Part shown: positions 12,401 to 27,400 of the stretch, piece after piece
Position numbering within the stretch: position 1 is the first letter of the stretch
How the letters are laid out: every line of letters begins with the position of its first letter
From: Perna viridis
Taxonomy: Eukaryota
Reading direction: 5' to 3'
DNA length: 64,000 nucleotides
NCBI GenBank assembly: GCA_037379345.1
Contig: CM074514.1
Span: forward strand, 6,014,001 to 6,078,000
Notes under the pieces: model-generated
The model's database searches: none
What the model was told of the DNA's origin: nothing
Seen by the model: only the letters and a program-made list of their open reading frames with translations
Made by a program: the position numbers and the translations under genes

Positions 12401-15400
12401 GGACGTTAGCTGCTAGCTCAGACTCCATAAATAGCATACATTTAGGATGAGATGAAGACCAAGACATTAGCTGCTAGCTCGGACTCCATAAATAGCATAC
12501 AACTAGGATGAGATGAAGACCGAGACATTTGCTGCTAGCTCAGACTCCATAAATATCATACAGCAAGGATGAGATGAAGAGCGGGACATTAGCTGCTAGC
12601 TCGGACTCCATAAATAGCATACAACTAGGATGAGATGAAGACCGAGACATTTGCTGCTAGCTCAGACTCCATAAATAGCATACAGCAAGGATGAGATGAA
12701 GAGCGGGACATTAGCTGCTAGCTCAGACTCCATAAATAGCATACAACTAGGATGAGATGAAGACCGACACATTTGCTGCTAGCTCAGACTCCATAAATAG
12801 CATACAGCAAGGATGAAATATATGTTGTGGTAAGGTTCTTTTTCATTTCCAAGGAACAATTGATGACTGTCATCTTTGATATTAACAATACTGCATGTGT
12901 ATTACATATCATATCAACAATAATACATGTGTATTACGTATCATATCAACAATACTACATGTTTATTACATATATCAACAATACTACATGTGTATTATGT
13001 ATCATATCAACAATACTACACATGTATTACATATCATATCAACAATACTACAAATGTATTACATATTCTAATATGACGTCCTTAAAAGGCTTTATCAGCT
13101 GTGGTCGATTTTCCATTGCTTTATGGGCAGCATGTGACTTATCAGGTGTGGCTTTTGTGTTTGTATATAACTACCCACCTTAAATCATGCAGACAAACAC
13201 ACATAATGTTATTCGGATGTGTTTCATCTGTTTCATTCATTTTAGTAGCAAGATCGAAGATTAAATCCGTATTTATCAAAAATATTAGACGTTATGTTTT
13301 AATAAAATTACAAACATACATGGTAGCAATCACCACATTCACCATCCATGTATGATAACAAACAATAACAATCGTCAATGAATGACATGTTTCAGTCCAG
13401 GCGTTGTACCTGTCCATGTGTGATCTTATAATGTAAACAACTAGTGCCATATCAAACATCATTCTACTTAATTCACCCTTTCTTTCATTTTAAATAATAT
13501 TACAAAGCACTAAGTTTCACTACCAACCATTGACATAGTGTAAAATGTACAGCCAAATTGGGTAAATATGATGGGTGTAAGGTCACCATAATAGGTCACA
13601 AAAATGTAAAATAAGTACCGTAATTGCCCTATTAGAATTGAAATAAATGACAGAAACTCCATTTTATCATTGTTTTACCACAGGCTGACAATTTATGTCA
13701 AAGTTTTACCCCTCAGTGTCATTTGGGGTTAAATAATGTGGCATAAATGGTCAGCCCGTGATAAAACAATGATAAAATGGAGTTTCCATGATTTATTTCT
13801 AAATCATATTAACAATTCTACATGTGTATTAAATATCATATCAACAATACCACATGTGTATTACATATCTCTAGACAGGAACATAATTCCCACCAAATCT
13901 TTAAGTTGAATCAGAAGTACAACTTGTCAAGATGAAGCTAAATACAAAATTTCAAATCATATTATATATAAAGGGATCTTTAGTTTTGTTATGCATAATC
14001 TACAGTACCAGTAAGTATATCAAATACTACAATATATTGAATGATAATAACTAAACCTGCCATCCAGAACATACTGGTCATATAGATAAGAAATAGATGA
14101 CTATTAGAAGTAAGTACTTTACCACAGCCATCTTCATCAGAGAAATCTTGACATTGATCTTTTCCATCACAAACAGCAGTAAAAGGTATGCAGCGTCCAT
14201 TCTTACACCTAAAACTCTCAGGGCATGACAGATCTGAAATGATAACCAATATAAATAACTCTCAGGGCAAGACAGATCTGAAATAACATCCAATATTATA
14301 GCCACCCATATGCTATTTCTGGAGTTATGAAGTTAAATTCTGTGAAATGCTTCTTTATGTTCTCTTTTTTCCTTAGCAGGGTTCACTGTGGAACTGTTTA
14401 ATAAATATTTTATGAAATTTGAATTTATAAGGAGTTATGGACAAGAAATGGGTACCCCCATGATGTTATGGAATGATCAAGTCCATGTACCTCAAATAAC
14501 AATCACATCAAAATTAATAATAGGAAGTACATGTACTATATGTTTACTGGAAAAAAGGATAATGTAACCATCACAGAGGGCTCCAGCTGGTCATATTATA
14601 AAAAAAACCACCTATTTGAAAGACAAAACCAATTAAACATTTTTTTCTTAATTCATGTTCTGCATTGGCCTTTTATTTTTTTCATATTTGGAGCTTCTGA
14701 AGTGTAACAGAGCAGACATTTATATTGGTCAGAGGGTATCCAAATAAAACTTTTAGTAGTGGTAATGTAACCTGCAAAAATCATTCATATGTCTTGAGGT
14801 CAAAATTCAAGGCCAAAAGTCACACATCGTCTAGACGTGTTCTACTTGTCATGTCAAATATTAAATGCCTACACTAAATGAAAAAAATATACAGCTGGAC
14901 AGATGGACAGATTGATCCTTAAAAGATGTCCACCACTTTTTGTGGTGGGGCCAAATAACTTCCCAAAACCAACAAATATTAGATTAATTGATTCCAAGTG
15001 AAGAAACTCGTATACCATATTGCAATTGATTTCAATAACATCTATTTCTTTCTTCCAATCTTTTGAATGCATAGCAAAGAATCAATTATGGTTTTTCAAG
15101 AGGTGATAATAAAAGTGCAGGATTACAATCCCAAAATATACTTTAACTGTCTGTTTAACCTTAAAATTCAGATTTCTGGTACTCAAATAATATATATGTA
15201 GACAGTCTTGTTGCAGGATTAAAACACATTAGATTTATATACAGTCATAGGTAATTATCAGTGGTTAATATAATTTTATGTGATAAATTATCTTACTTTT
15301 TTGTGAATCCAGCTCATAGAAATCATAATCAATAGAAAAGGAGAGTTGACCTGTGGAACTGCTATCTTCTGACAAAAGGCATTCCCTTGCACTTTTCTTG

Positions 15401-18400
15401 TACGTAATTGACCGACACACATAATTCTTTGATTCTACACACAGTCTGGCACACTATAACAGTAAATAAACATATATAGTCTTCAAACTATTTATATAAT
15501 AAAAATATTAATATTTGACCTCTAAATCAGATAAAATTGTCAAATGGAAGTCTAACGAAACAATACACCAATTTTACAGTAAATTCATAATATTCGGGAT
15601 ACATTTGATATTCTATTCTAAATACCTACATCACATTCTATAATAGCCCAACATTTTATTTTAAATGCCAAAAGTGTCACTTAAAAGAATCATATGGTTT
15701 GCAATATGTGATAATCACATAAAATGAGTGTGATATGACAATCACATGTTTCAGTTTACAAACAATTGTTGCATGATTATCATATGATAATCCTATGTTT
15801 TTCACAAACATATGTTTATCACATGTTTCTAAGCTAAAATTAATATATGAGAATTATATGATAATCATATAAATATTACATGCTAATTATCATATGAATA
15901 TCACATGCAAATTATCATATGAATACCATATGCAAATTAGCATATGATTATCATACAAATCGAGCACCAAATGATTATCATATGTGGCACATTTTGCTGT
16001 GTCAAGGTGTATTACAATCCCAATTATTGATTTTTACATTTGCATATGTTGCAGCAATAAATCTTAATAATAATTTGCTGCTGATGGGAGGTTACTATCC
16101 TTGAAACATGTGTAAAGCATACCTAAATTTGTAACATTTATTTACTTTTTTTTTATTTGCACATCTTAATTGACAAATAAGTAATGTTAGAAACATGACC
16201 CATAACATGTCTGGACCTACATCACAGTCATATACATGTCAGAGTGTGAAAATCTTCAATAAGTGCATAAACACTAAGGAAGCTATGTATAGAATGTACT
16301 TATAATAGCATATACTTCTGAAAGAGTAATCAAGGGAACCAAGGTTCTAGCAGTAATCAAAAGAATGTAATCCAGAGACAAAGACTTGACATGGAAAACA
16401 GACATACACAACAAAAAACATAAAGTAACTAAAATCATACATACAAAGTAACAAAAGTAAATGAGAAACTCAGACTCCATTAAAGAATGGGCGTATAGAC
16501 CAGGTGCACTGGTAAAATAAGTGTCCTCTGCTTTTCTAGAAACACCTGTCGAGTTGCTCATAAAAAATTAAGTCCTGGGTAGACAAAAAAGGAAAGGAAT
16601 TAAGTTTAATAGTTCATAATTCATACTATATTTGATAAATTTCTCCATAAAAGGAGGTGGACACCTTCGAAGTAAGTACCCCTAAAGCATGACAGATGGA
16701 GTTGAACAGCTACTAATCCTGTTTTCAGCATCTGTGACACAAGTAAAAACTAAGATACTGATGATGTCTGGATCATTAGACACCATATGTTACAGTCCTT
16801 GAACCAATCTGCGCAACGATTTGACAGTTCGATAACCAGTGACCAATTGATTGCTGAAGGCTCGATGACCGATGACCAGTGACCGATCTGATCACCGATC
16901 GATGACTGAACGGAAACTGATCGGTGATCGATGACTGATCGCAATTTTTATTGCACGGATTGGTTCTGGTACTGTACTTATAAAGTGTAAGTTTTTGTAA
17001 GAATCAGGCAATATGGGAAAAATCAGAAACATTCCTATCAAAAACCCACCTATCTGACAAAATAATTTCATTGAAGGATGCTCTTTCTCTATTTGAAAAC
17101 ACCATTATTTGTTCTCTGCATCACTGGATTTGCTGATAAATTTTTCGATAGAATGTTAGATAAATGAGGTTTTTGGCAGAGTTATCTATCCTAGAAATGT
17201 TCATTTTCAATGCATTTCAATGAAATTATAACTTAATTGACCAAATAAAGATGAAAAATCTTGTCTTTTTCCTTGATTCTGATGGTACAAATAGTCAAAT
17301 TTAACTTCCAAAATGATTGTGTTTTTCCATAACATGTTTCTTCCACTGCCTGATTCTTAAAGTGACTGACACTTAATCAATATGATAATTATAGTTATTG
17401 AGCAACATATATAAGGATTTAAAACTGTAGTTAGAACAGAATACTAAAATTGTAGAACGTAAGTGCATACATTTAATTGATAATAAAGAAGTTGTCAAAT
17501 GATGAAATAAACACTTACATATTCTAGTGCAATGGTGATGTATCTTTCTATTATACCAGTCTGTGCAATACGGTATGGCATTAAGTTGAATAAAGGCAAC
17601 TTATAATCTGAAGCAACAATATAATATCACTGATAAGAATTTTATCATCTTCAGATAGGGTACAGAAATACAGAGTTCTATTGAAAACAACATTAATTAA
17701 AAAGATTCTCATTATACCACTTCATCCCTGCACAATGAGAGGAAAACAGGTATTTTTATTAAAAAAAAATTTACCAAATGCAGAAAAACTATTATCCAGT
17801 AAGACAATCAATATAACATTGTTCCCATACTATGATTGCAGTGATGCTGTCCTTCCACTGGTATATATAAATATCCCCTCTTCATTACCTGTGCTAGTAG
17901 AGTCAAGGTACTGATTTCGTAGAGTTTTAGGGACCCTTGGTTAATCTGTTGTGCATGCATCATGCTCTACACAACTAATTTAGTAAGATGCCTCATTCAC
18001 TAGCTAAACTTCTTTTACTGTATTCATATCGTAATTCACTGGTAAAAAATATACTAAGCCTTATGCTACTCATTGCAAAAACAACCAAATGGCAAATATA
18101 AAAGACAGAAACATAGCAAAAAATATCAAATGGCAGACAGTCAAATATAAAAGACAGAAACAGCAAAAAATATTAAAAGGCAGACTGTCAAATATAAAAG
18201 AAAGAAACATAGCAAAAAATATTAAATGGCAGACAGTCAAATACAAAAGACAGAAACATAGCAAAAAATAGCAAATATAAAAGACAGAAACATAGCAAAA
18301 AATGACAAATAGCAAGCATTCAAATATGAGACAGAAACAGCAAAAAACAGCAAATAGCAGACAGTCATATATAAAAGACAGAAACATAGCAAAAACTAAA

Positions 18401-21400
18401 TTAGCCAAATAGAATGATTATTACAAAAAGCAATATCACCATAACAAAGACTGACACCATTCCTGAGAAATACATTATCAAAATTCCAGTGCCATCGTCT
18501 AAGCAAAGTTTCATTTTCATTTGTCACAAAGCGGTACCCTTAAAAAAAATACGCAATACAGTGAGTGATAATTGGGATGTTTTTGGGGTTATGCTACCCT
18601 TTTGTTAAAGATTTGGCCAAAAATGAGCTGCAAATAATAAAAAAGGAACTCCCTTTCTTTATATAAGTTTCTTGATCAGGTCCACTACCCCCTTTTTGTT
18701 AATATTTAGATCCACCAGGCCTGCATGAAATATCTAAAGATGGCTATTTCAATTGGTACTCATCATTCCTCTCTTTATTTTATTTCTTATTTTTATTTTT
18801 TATTTTTATAGTCTAGCAGGGTTTTCGTTTCTAGCTAAACATTAAATGGTTCATTATGCATATAAATTGAATATATGGACAGTGAATGACTGGCTTATTG
18901 GGGTAAAGATAAGAGGTTAGAGGTCAACCATTTTTAATTTTTAATTTTTAATTCTAATTAATCAGCATATTTAGTTCGCAGTAAAAGTTGCTTATTAGGT
19001 TAGTTAATTGACATGAAATTTGATAGAAGTACAAATGTACATATAAAATGGACTTAACTATCTGCATTTGAACCTAAATAGGGTATGTCAATGTAACTAT
19101 TTTACTGCAGTAGTGTACAATAATTGCAGAAGCTGTCAGGCATTACAGTCTAAAGGCTCTGGCCACTGTTATAATAATTCTGATCTTTGATCTAAATTGA
19201 TAAAAAGAAAGTAAAACCACAAAAATTATTTTATCAAAGTCAGAGTTCAAGACCAAAAGTCACCAGTAACCATGATATATAGTTTGCCACACACTGTTTA
19301 CCCACATGCCAAATATCAAAAGCCTATCCAATAAGACAAAGAATAACAGCTTGTACAGTTTTTTTTATATTTCTTAAATGATAAAATACACAAAATTTGA
19401 CCTGAAGGAAAAATTTAAAGGTTGAAAATAACCAACCATAGTTTGTGAAACGCTGTCTTAAAGTCTACTTACATGCCAAATATTAAAAACCTAACTAGAA
19501 AAACAAAACCCCATGCAGGATTTGAAACATGAAAAAGAAAAAAAATTACCTCAAAGTCAACATTCAGGTCAAAATATAATAAGTAAAAGTACTTTGCACA
19601 TTTTCCTGAAAGTTGTCTTCTTGTATGCCACATATTTAAAGCCTAAAAAATTACAGCTCAGACACAATTTGCTACAGACATACAGACTGATTACTTAAAG
19701 ATGTCTGCCATTTTTTGTGGCAGGGCCCTAATCTATAAAATGACATTAGATATCAGTAATCCCTATACCACAGACAACTTTACTTTCATTAGTAACAGTA
19801 TCTCATAGTCAACTTATCTTTCTAAGTTCTACATTATATCACATCTAACTACATCTTCAACAGTTTAATACCATATTACATACTTATTTTCCAAAGCCAA
19901 CTGAATCTTAAACAGTTTTACACCACATTAAATATTTTCCCACCAAGCCAACTCTATCTTCAACAGTTTTATACCATATTAAATATTTTCTCACATCTCA
20001 CACCAGACAACTCTATTTTCAACAATTTTATGCCACATTACATATTTTCTCACCACAGCTAACTTAATTTTCAACTGTTTTACACCATATTACATATTTA
20101 CTTTCTAAAGCCAACTCTATCTTCAACAGTTTTACGTCACACTAAATATTTACTCTCCAAGCCAACTTAATCTTCAATAGTTTTACACGACATTAAATAT
20201 TTTTCTAACTACAGCCAACTTAATCTTCAACAGTTTTACACTACATTAAATATTTTTCTAACTACACTATATTACATATTTACTCACCACAGCCAACTTC
20301 ATCTTCCCCACCATCACAATCATTCTCTTTGTCACAATGGAAACTTTCTGGTATGCATTCAGTCTCATACCTACGAAAGTGAGAACATGAAATAATTCAT
20401 ATTTTTATTCAAGTTAAAGGTTTGTTACATTGTGCCTCTGGGAATCATCTTTCATAAATTTAAATTCAATTTAATGCCAATTTAAGTATGAACAGCGATA
20501 AAAATTCAAATATAACAATCTCTTCAAATTAGACCTAACAATAAATCTGTGTTAGTGATAGACCAACAATCCAACCTTGGCCATGATATCAACTGAGGAA
20601 TAAACCAAAACAATTTGTCACAACTTCATGGAGCTTGTGTCAAAATATCAACTGTGGTTACAGAGAAAACTGTTATGCAAATTTAAATATCAAAACCATT
20701 AGGTCAAAATACCGGTATACCAAGTCAGCAGACAGGAAGTTGTTACAAAAGCCTGAAATAAAATCCCATGATATGTCATATCTGCAAAAAGCTTGTATCA
20801 AAATATCAATTTATTATTATAAGGAACAGTACTTGATGGAAAAAGTATGACAGACAGACAGACAGACAGTATATCCCCCTTTGGAGCATGAGTATACACA
20901 TTTGTGATTGATGTTGAATGTTAGGAAGTAATCCTTATATAAATTCTGCAGATTCTTGTAACTTACTCAGGATTATTTCTATAGTTGTAGCAATAAAACT
21001 TTCCTATTGGACATTCATTTGGTGCAACTGTAACAGAAAAGATTGATTTAGCAATTAGAATCATCAATAACATTTGGTAGTAACCAAAGAAATGTTTTAT
21101 GGGTTAAGAGAAAAAAAATAAATACTTAAATCTACATATCATGGAATTTCATTTATATTACAATAATGTGACTGACAGTAATCCATGATTGTAACAAAAA
21201 TTTAATGCTTTCACAATAGTACTACAACGTTTGTAAGGTCAAATTAAGTTAATTTGTTGATTCTCATTCCAGTCCAACCCATTTCAAAAGACCCCATCCT
21301 AATATATATTTTTATTTTCAATATTTTTCAGCAGTTCAAAGTCCCAGAATTTGTTCATATCCCTATTTGTCATGACACTTCTTTTACACAATGGCTATTG

Positions 21401-24400
21401 ACTTCCAGTCAAAACAAAGTTTCAAACCATGACAAAATGTGTTTTTTTATGTAATCTGGTCAGCAGGTCATAGGATAATTTTCATGAATCTAATCCATGT
21501 ATAATAGTAGTATGCATGTTAGACAGCATATGTCTGAGAATAAAATCCCATTACTCAACATAACTCTTAAATTTCAAGAGGCAGTCCACATCAATAGAAA
21601 ACTAGATGCTCCTGGCTAGATAAGCTACATTCTATTTTTTGTAAAAGCAGCCATACTTTTTTATGGTTGAAAGTTCCTAATAGTCATTTTGTGCAGGATA
21701 CCTTAGGAACAGTTATATAAAATTTCATTGAAATCTGTCCAGTAGTTTCTGAAAAGATTATTTAAACTAACAACATCAAAATTAGTAAGATAAAAAAACA
21801 TCTAAATAAGGCAATAACTCCAAACTGTTTATTGGATTCACACAAAAAATGACCACCAATAAATTTGATCATGCTGAACACTTTAACACCATGTTAGGAC
21901 ATGCTGCCTGACCCCTGTGTTGTACTTTTAGTAATGGCAGCAATGGAACAAAAATTTCCACATAAGTTCTAGTCAAAATACCCTAAGGAACATTCATATC
22001 AAGTTTGCACTAATTTACAGTAGTGTCAGAGAAGAGTATTTTTAAAATTTTTAAAGATGACAATGAAGGACGACAGATGCCAAGTGATGGCAATAGCTCA
22101 CAGAGTGAGATAAAAAGTTAAACATAATAATGCATACTAACAGCTAATGTGTTACAGAGAAATTACTATGGAAACAGTTAATTTTATTGTTAATAGTATC
22201 CTGAGTTGCTAAGCAAATCTTACGTGTTGTTGTGGAAACAGGTTGTATATCACATAGTGGAATATTACAGTATCCAAAGTCGTTGGTTCCAACCTTTACC
22301 CAACACCACGGTTGTTTATCATCATCAGGGTTACGACAAAAGTTATGATCTCCTAAACCCTACAAAGATATAAAAGCAGTTCTGAATCACTCCACTAATC
22401 AACTCAGAACTTTATTCAGTAGGAATGGTTAATGATGTATCATTGTGATACCACTTTATCTCTTTTGATACTAACCTGAAAACACTCTAGTACTGAGAAA
22501 ATGGGGTGAAATAAAAGTTTTGAGATAGTAGGACAGGACAGAAATCATAGAAATTAAAAAATCGGGGGACAGAAATAATAGTGCTGAGATAGAGGGGTGA
22601 GACAGAAACTATAGTGCTGAAACAGTGGGGTGAGAAAAAAAATAGTGCTGAAATAGTAGTGCTGAAGAGATGTTGCCACAGATGAAAGGAAAGTTGACAA
22701 TTCATATTAGTAGAGGAAATGGGTCAGCAACTAAAGGAGCACAATTTGTTCCCATTGGAATGCTGACCGTTTGTTGAAAAACATGTCCACTACACTGTAT
22801 GATAAATTTCTACCAAAAACTATATATTTGTATCTAGGTGTACCATCTTTTTTGTAGAAACAACAATGTGTAATGTTTTTGAGAGAAAAATAACAGTGCT
22901 CAGATGGTAGGGTGACACTGAAATAACACTGCTGAGAGAGTGGGTGAGACTGAAATAACAGTGCTGAGATAGTGGGATGAGACAGAAATAACAGTGAAGT
23001 TGTGTTAACCTTATTGGGCACAACTAGTTAATTGGTCTGTGGACATTGCATTCGATAAGGTACCACCAACCCTATCTTGTAAAGGTTGATAAGATATCCC
23101 TTTCCTCAAGTTGTTCAGATATAAATCAACCATGTAGTGACAATAAACCCTGAACACTTTTATTTCAATAAAGTAATCATATGCAAACTAAAGTTATAGG
23201 ACTGCCCGGTCTTCCAAAATAAATTTAGTGACATTAAACTTTGTTTGAGCTTTGTAACCTGACCTTGTCTGGGTGTGTTGATGGATTGGCTTCATCTGAT
23301 TCTGTCCACTTAATACAGGTAGATCCTATCTTGGTTACAGAAGCAGTTCCTCTATATGTATCTCCATTACCACGGTAACAGTCTGTTAAAGTAAAACTTC
23401 AAATAAGACACAAATTGTTCAATCTTAGATATAGTCATAGTCAAAATCTAAGAAATTAGAAAAAGCAAAAAGCAAAATCAACAGTCATGATATTCTGGGC
23501 ATAAGCTCACAAAGAGAATACTGCCATTTAAAGTGAATATTTTAAGCCAATAAGTTTGGATGATTAATCCTTGCAGTGACCTGACATTATCTATCTTCAT
23601 TCACAAACATTTACATATGCCTCCTCATCTTCCTATAAATTTAATCCAAATCCATTCAGCAATTTAAGAGGGTATTGCACCCTTTGTATAATATAAAATT
23701 TCATCAAAATATATAGAGGAGTTTAGGAGGATTATACACTTACAAGATTTTAACATGAGAAACTTGTAAGTTGAATGATCACCATTTGCAAACATTAAAT
23801 ATAATTACTCTTTTAAGCACAATACATATAATGTCTAACTTTCATATAAAATGTCATTTAAATTCACTAAACAGTTTAAGATGGTATGTACCTATAAGAA
23901 ATGTAGACATACTACCAGAAAGATGAAAGAATGAGTAGATGAACAAAAAGCATGATATATAGAATATAAGGCAAAAAGTTTTTGATACTGGCTTTATCAG
24001 GGGGTATCTCAGGTGAGTCCAGTAGGGCAAGCCTCAAACATCTTGTAAGAAAGCCAGTATCAAAAACCAATTGCCTCATATTCTGTTTATTGGTATTTTA
24101 TAAGTATTATAATACAAATCCCTTGCAAGAATATTTTTAACTTAATACTAAGTATATTTTTAAAAAGCCTATATGTCAGATAATTCAATTGTGCTGGTTC
24201 ATAGGTAACCAAAGTCATTTAGCATCACTGTGACGTAACAATTTTAAGGAGTGGATTTTTATGCATGCCTGGTAGTGAACTGATCTGTTATTTTTTGTAT
24301 CAAGGCCAGTCTTCTATGTTTATCTTTTTAGATCGAAGGCAAATGTTACAAATTATTGATAATTCTCTATATAACAAACCAAAGTATCTTTGTGGGGCTA

Positions 24401-27400
24401 TAAAGTCCATCTTTTGCTTTCATGTACAAGAATGATTTCTTTTATGATTACCTTCATCACTTGCTCTGAGAGAATGACTTAAAGATGGTTTCCTGGGTGT
24501 CTCACAGATGTAAAATGCCCTCTCCTTCCTGTTGGGTTTACATGGAGCACTGTCAAAGTAGTAAAAATCTACTAACCCAATCTGTCCACTCTGATGACGG
24601 TACATGTTGCTTAGTGTCATACATTGGTATTTGCCTTTAGTTGAAGAAGATTCGTTAGAAAACTGGCCAGGATTCCAACCTGTTAGTATCAAAACATTTA
24701 CTTTTAAATACCAAAGAATTCTACTTTTTCAAAATGTATACGTATAAGTGTAATGCATATAAAGTCTCATCACAATCAACAGAATGTTTTATGAACACTG
24801 ACAAGTTTTAAGTGTAAAACTTTCATAGTTGATTATCTCCCTAAGCATGTTAGGACGTTTCAAATGCGAAAATTTTATCGTGGATTATCTCATAAAGCAT
24901 GTTCCAAATGTAAGATTTTCTTACTTTGCGAGCATCTAAAATAATTATTTTTTTACAAGCACATCTTATCAATACATCCATTATATCAATTCATCAAAAA
25001 GTTTGAATTGACAACCGTGGGCAGACAGACTGACCGAAAGAGTTAATTCTGTAGAGATATACCCTTTTAAAAATAAATAAATTCTTACCTGGAAACCACT
25101 TCTTGTAGTTCATCTTGACCAGGTGTCTGTTCATTGCACCCCTCCATTTTTTCTTGCCACTAAGTTTTCTTGTAAACTGCTGCCATTTCCATACAGAACC
25201 TTTCTTTTTACTCAATTTTGAGCTCAGTAGAACTCGGTCTACCACTAAATAATGCAAATACAACATAAAGTTGATATCCAACATCCCCTAAAAATCACTT
25301 ACAACATATACCAAATCTATATAAAGCCAAACACAAATTTAATCCATCCATTGGGAGCTTAAACTATTGTGATGAAGATTTTCTCTTAGTTTCTTATATA
25401 ATCTTTTTTTGAGGCAAAAAGTTGACTTAAATATAAAGTATTCTATACTGACACTGTTACCTGACTTATATCTGAATATTAAATCTGACAAAAAGTAGTG
25501 CTCTGCTTCTGTTTCTATGGTAGCTAGATATGATTTCTCATTCTCTCCAGCACATGATTTCAATATCTTCTTAAAGTTATCTCCCTTGTTCATTTTCTTT
25601 ATCTTGTAACAAGACTTCTCTCCAGGAATCCATTCTCCATTAATAGAACCACCACATTCTGAAATATATGTACCTCAAAAAATCCTCTTAGTGAAGATAC
25701 TACAATAATTCAATCATCAGATTTTGAACTAACTAAGCGTCTTAGTTCAGTCAAAGTATAGTTTCACCTCAAACCAACTCCATAGAAAAATATATCTACC
25801 AAATTTAGACGATGAGAAACTTCAAAATAAGACTTTTGGGAGAGTTTTCATTGAAAAAGGGAATTAAATCATACTGAAACTATGTTTATTGTCATTTTTT
25901 TTCATGTTTTATAACCATTTCACAATTCACAAACATTTAAACATCACTTAAAGTACTTAGCTCACATAAATTAGTAGGAGAACATTCCTATTACATTCTG
26001 AAAAATTCTTTGCATGTAATTCCTTGATCACAAACTAACCATCACTGCTGTATTTCAAACATTTGACAGATACTGCTTCCCTCAGATTACAATCGGTATT
26101 GGTGCTATAAGGACAGCTGAGAAGAGAGATTTCATTTCCAGTACACTGGACATGGTTCACTATGAAGTTAGTGATTTTTAAATTATTTACATTGGTAGTA
26201 CTCCTTGTGGAGGGTTTCTCTGCACCTCTGAAATGTGGCAAAAAATAACTATACCTTTAGCTTTTGATGCAGAAAAAATGAATTTCGAGTCCGAGTATAC
26301 AAAGAACAAAACCACCATCACAAGCCATGCTCAAGGTACCCGGTCTCGCAAAACCTATTTTAAATATCAGTGACATTGAAAGTATTGAATAATTATGTCT
26401 GTCATGTCACATAGGCTACTATCTTGTGCAAGTTACATAACAAATATCATAGGTTTAGGGAACCAACTTTTCATAAAAAAAATCTGTTTTTAATTATGAT
26501 AACCTTGATCTTTGGTCTACTTATGTGAAAATAAAATGTGTTATTTTTGTTTCTCAAACTATTGTCATGTATTAATCATATCCAAAAACGCTAAGTAGCA
26601 TATATTACAAGGCAAAAAAGATGTCATTGATAGATAAAACAGATATAAAGCCAAACTTTACAGACTTTCATCAAAGAACATTTCCTTTGTACTTCTTTAT
26701 CTCTTAAAATTCAAAAGTCAAAATTGATACATGTATCAATCTAATAACAAACAACAAAACTTTAACTAATTGTCTGATGGTATTATTGTTAACAAGCCCT
26801 GCCCCCCTTCAGCACTGTACTTACAATGAGAATCCCAGCTGTCTACAAGCGACATCAGCATCTTGTACATCCCAGTCATCATCACAAACCAGACCCCATT
26901 TACCTCCCCTGAACACTTCTAAAACACCTTCATTGTAGTCTAGTAGACCATCTGTTCCTTTTAACCTAAAACAAGTTTTTAAATCTAACACTAAAACTTG
27001 GGATTCATATACATTCCCTTACTACTGGTCAGTACTAAAATATAGAATTTATCATTTAAATAAGCATTTTTGTCCACTTTGGCTTGCCATAGAGTTTTGC
27101 AGTAGCAGACAAAATAGGAGTATTTTCATTGCTATGCAAAAAAATCAATTTTTATTAATCCTGAAGATTAACCAAGTTTGGAATATTTTTTCCAACAAAA
27201 TTGAATAAATACTCTTGCTTAGTCCCAAAATCCACTGAAAACTGGGAGCATGGACCAGGTGCACCGCTAGGGTAAACATCCTCTGCTTTTCTAGAAACAT
27301 CCGCCAAGTTGTTCATAAAAAGTCAAGTCCGGGTTGACAAAAGAGGAAAAGAAAACTATGACACCTTGAACAAATCAGTTTTCATGGCACAGTTGGATAC

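Noticed and set aside
10503-12815. CRISPR-like regular array
   Set aside because: The units are contiguous near-identical monomers with no unique spacers; eukaryotic context and no cas genes.
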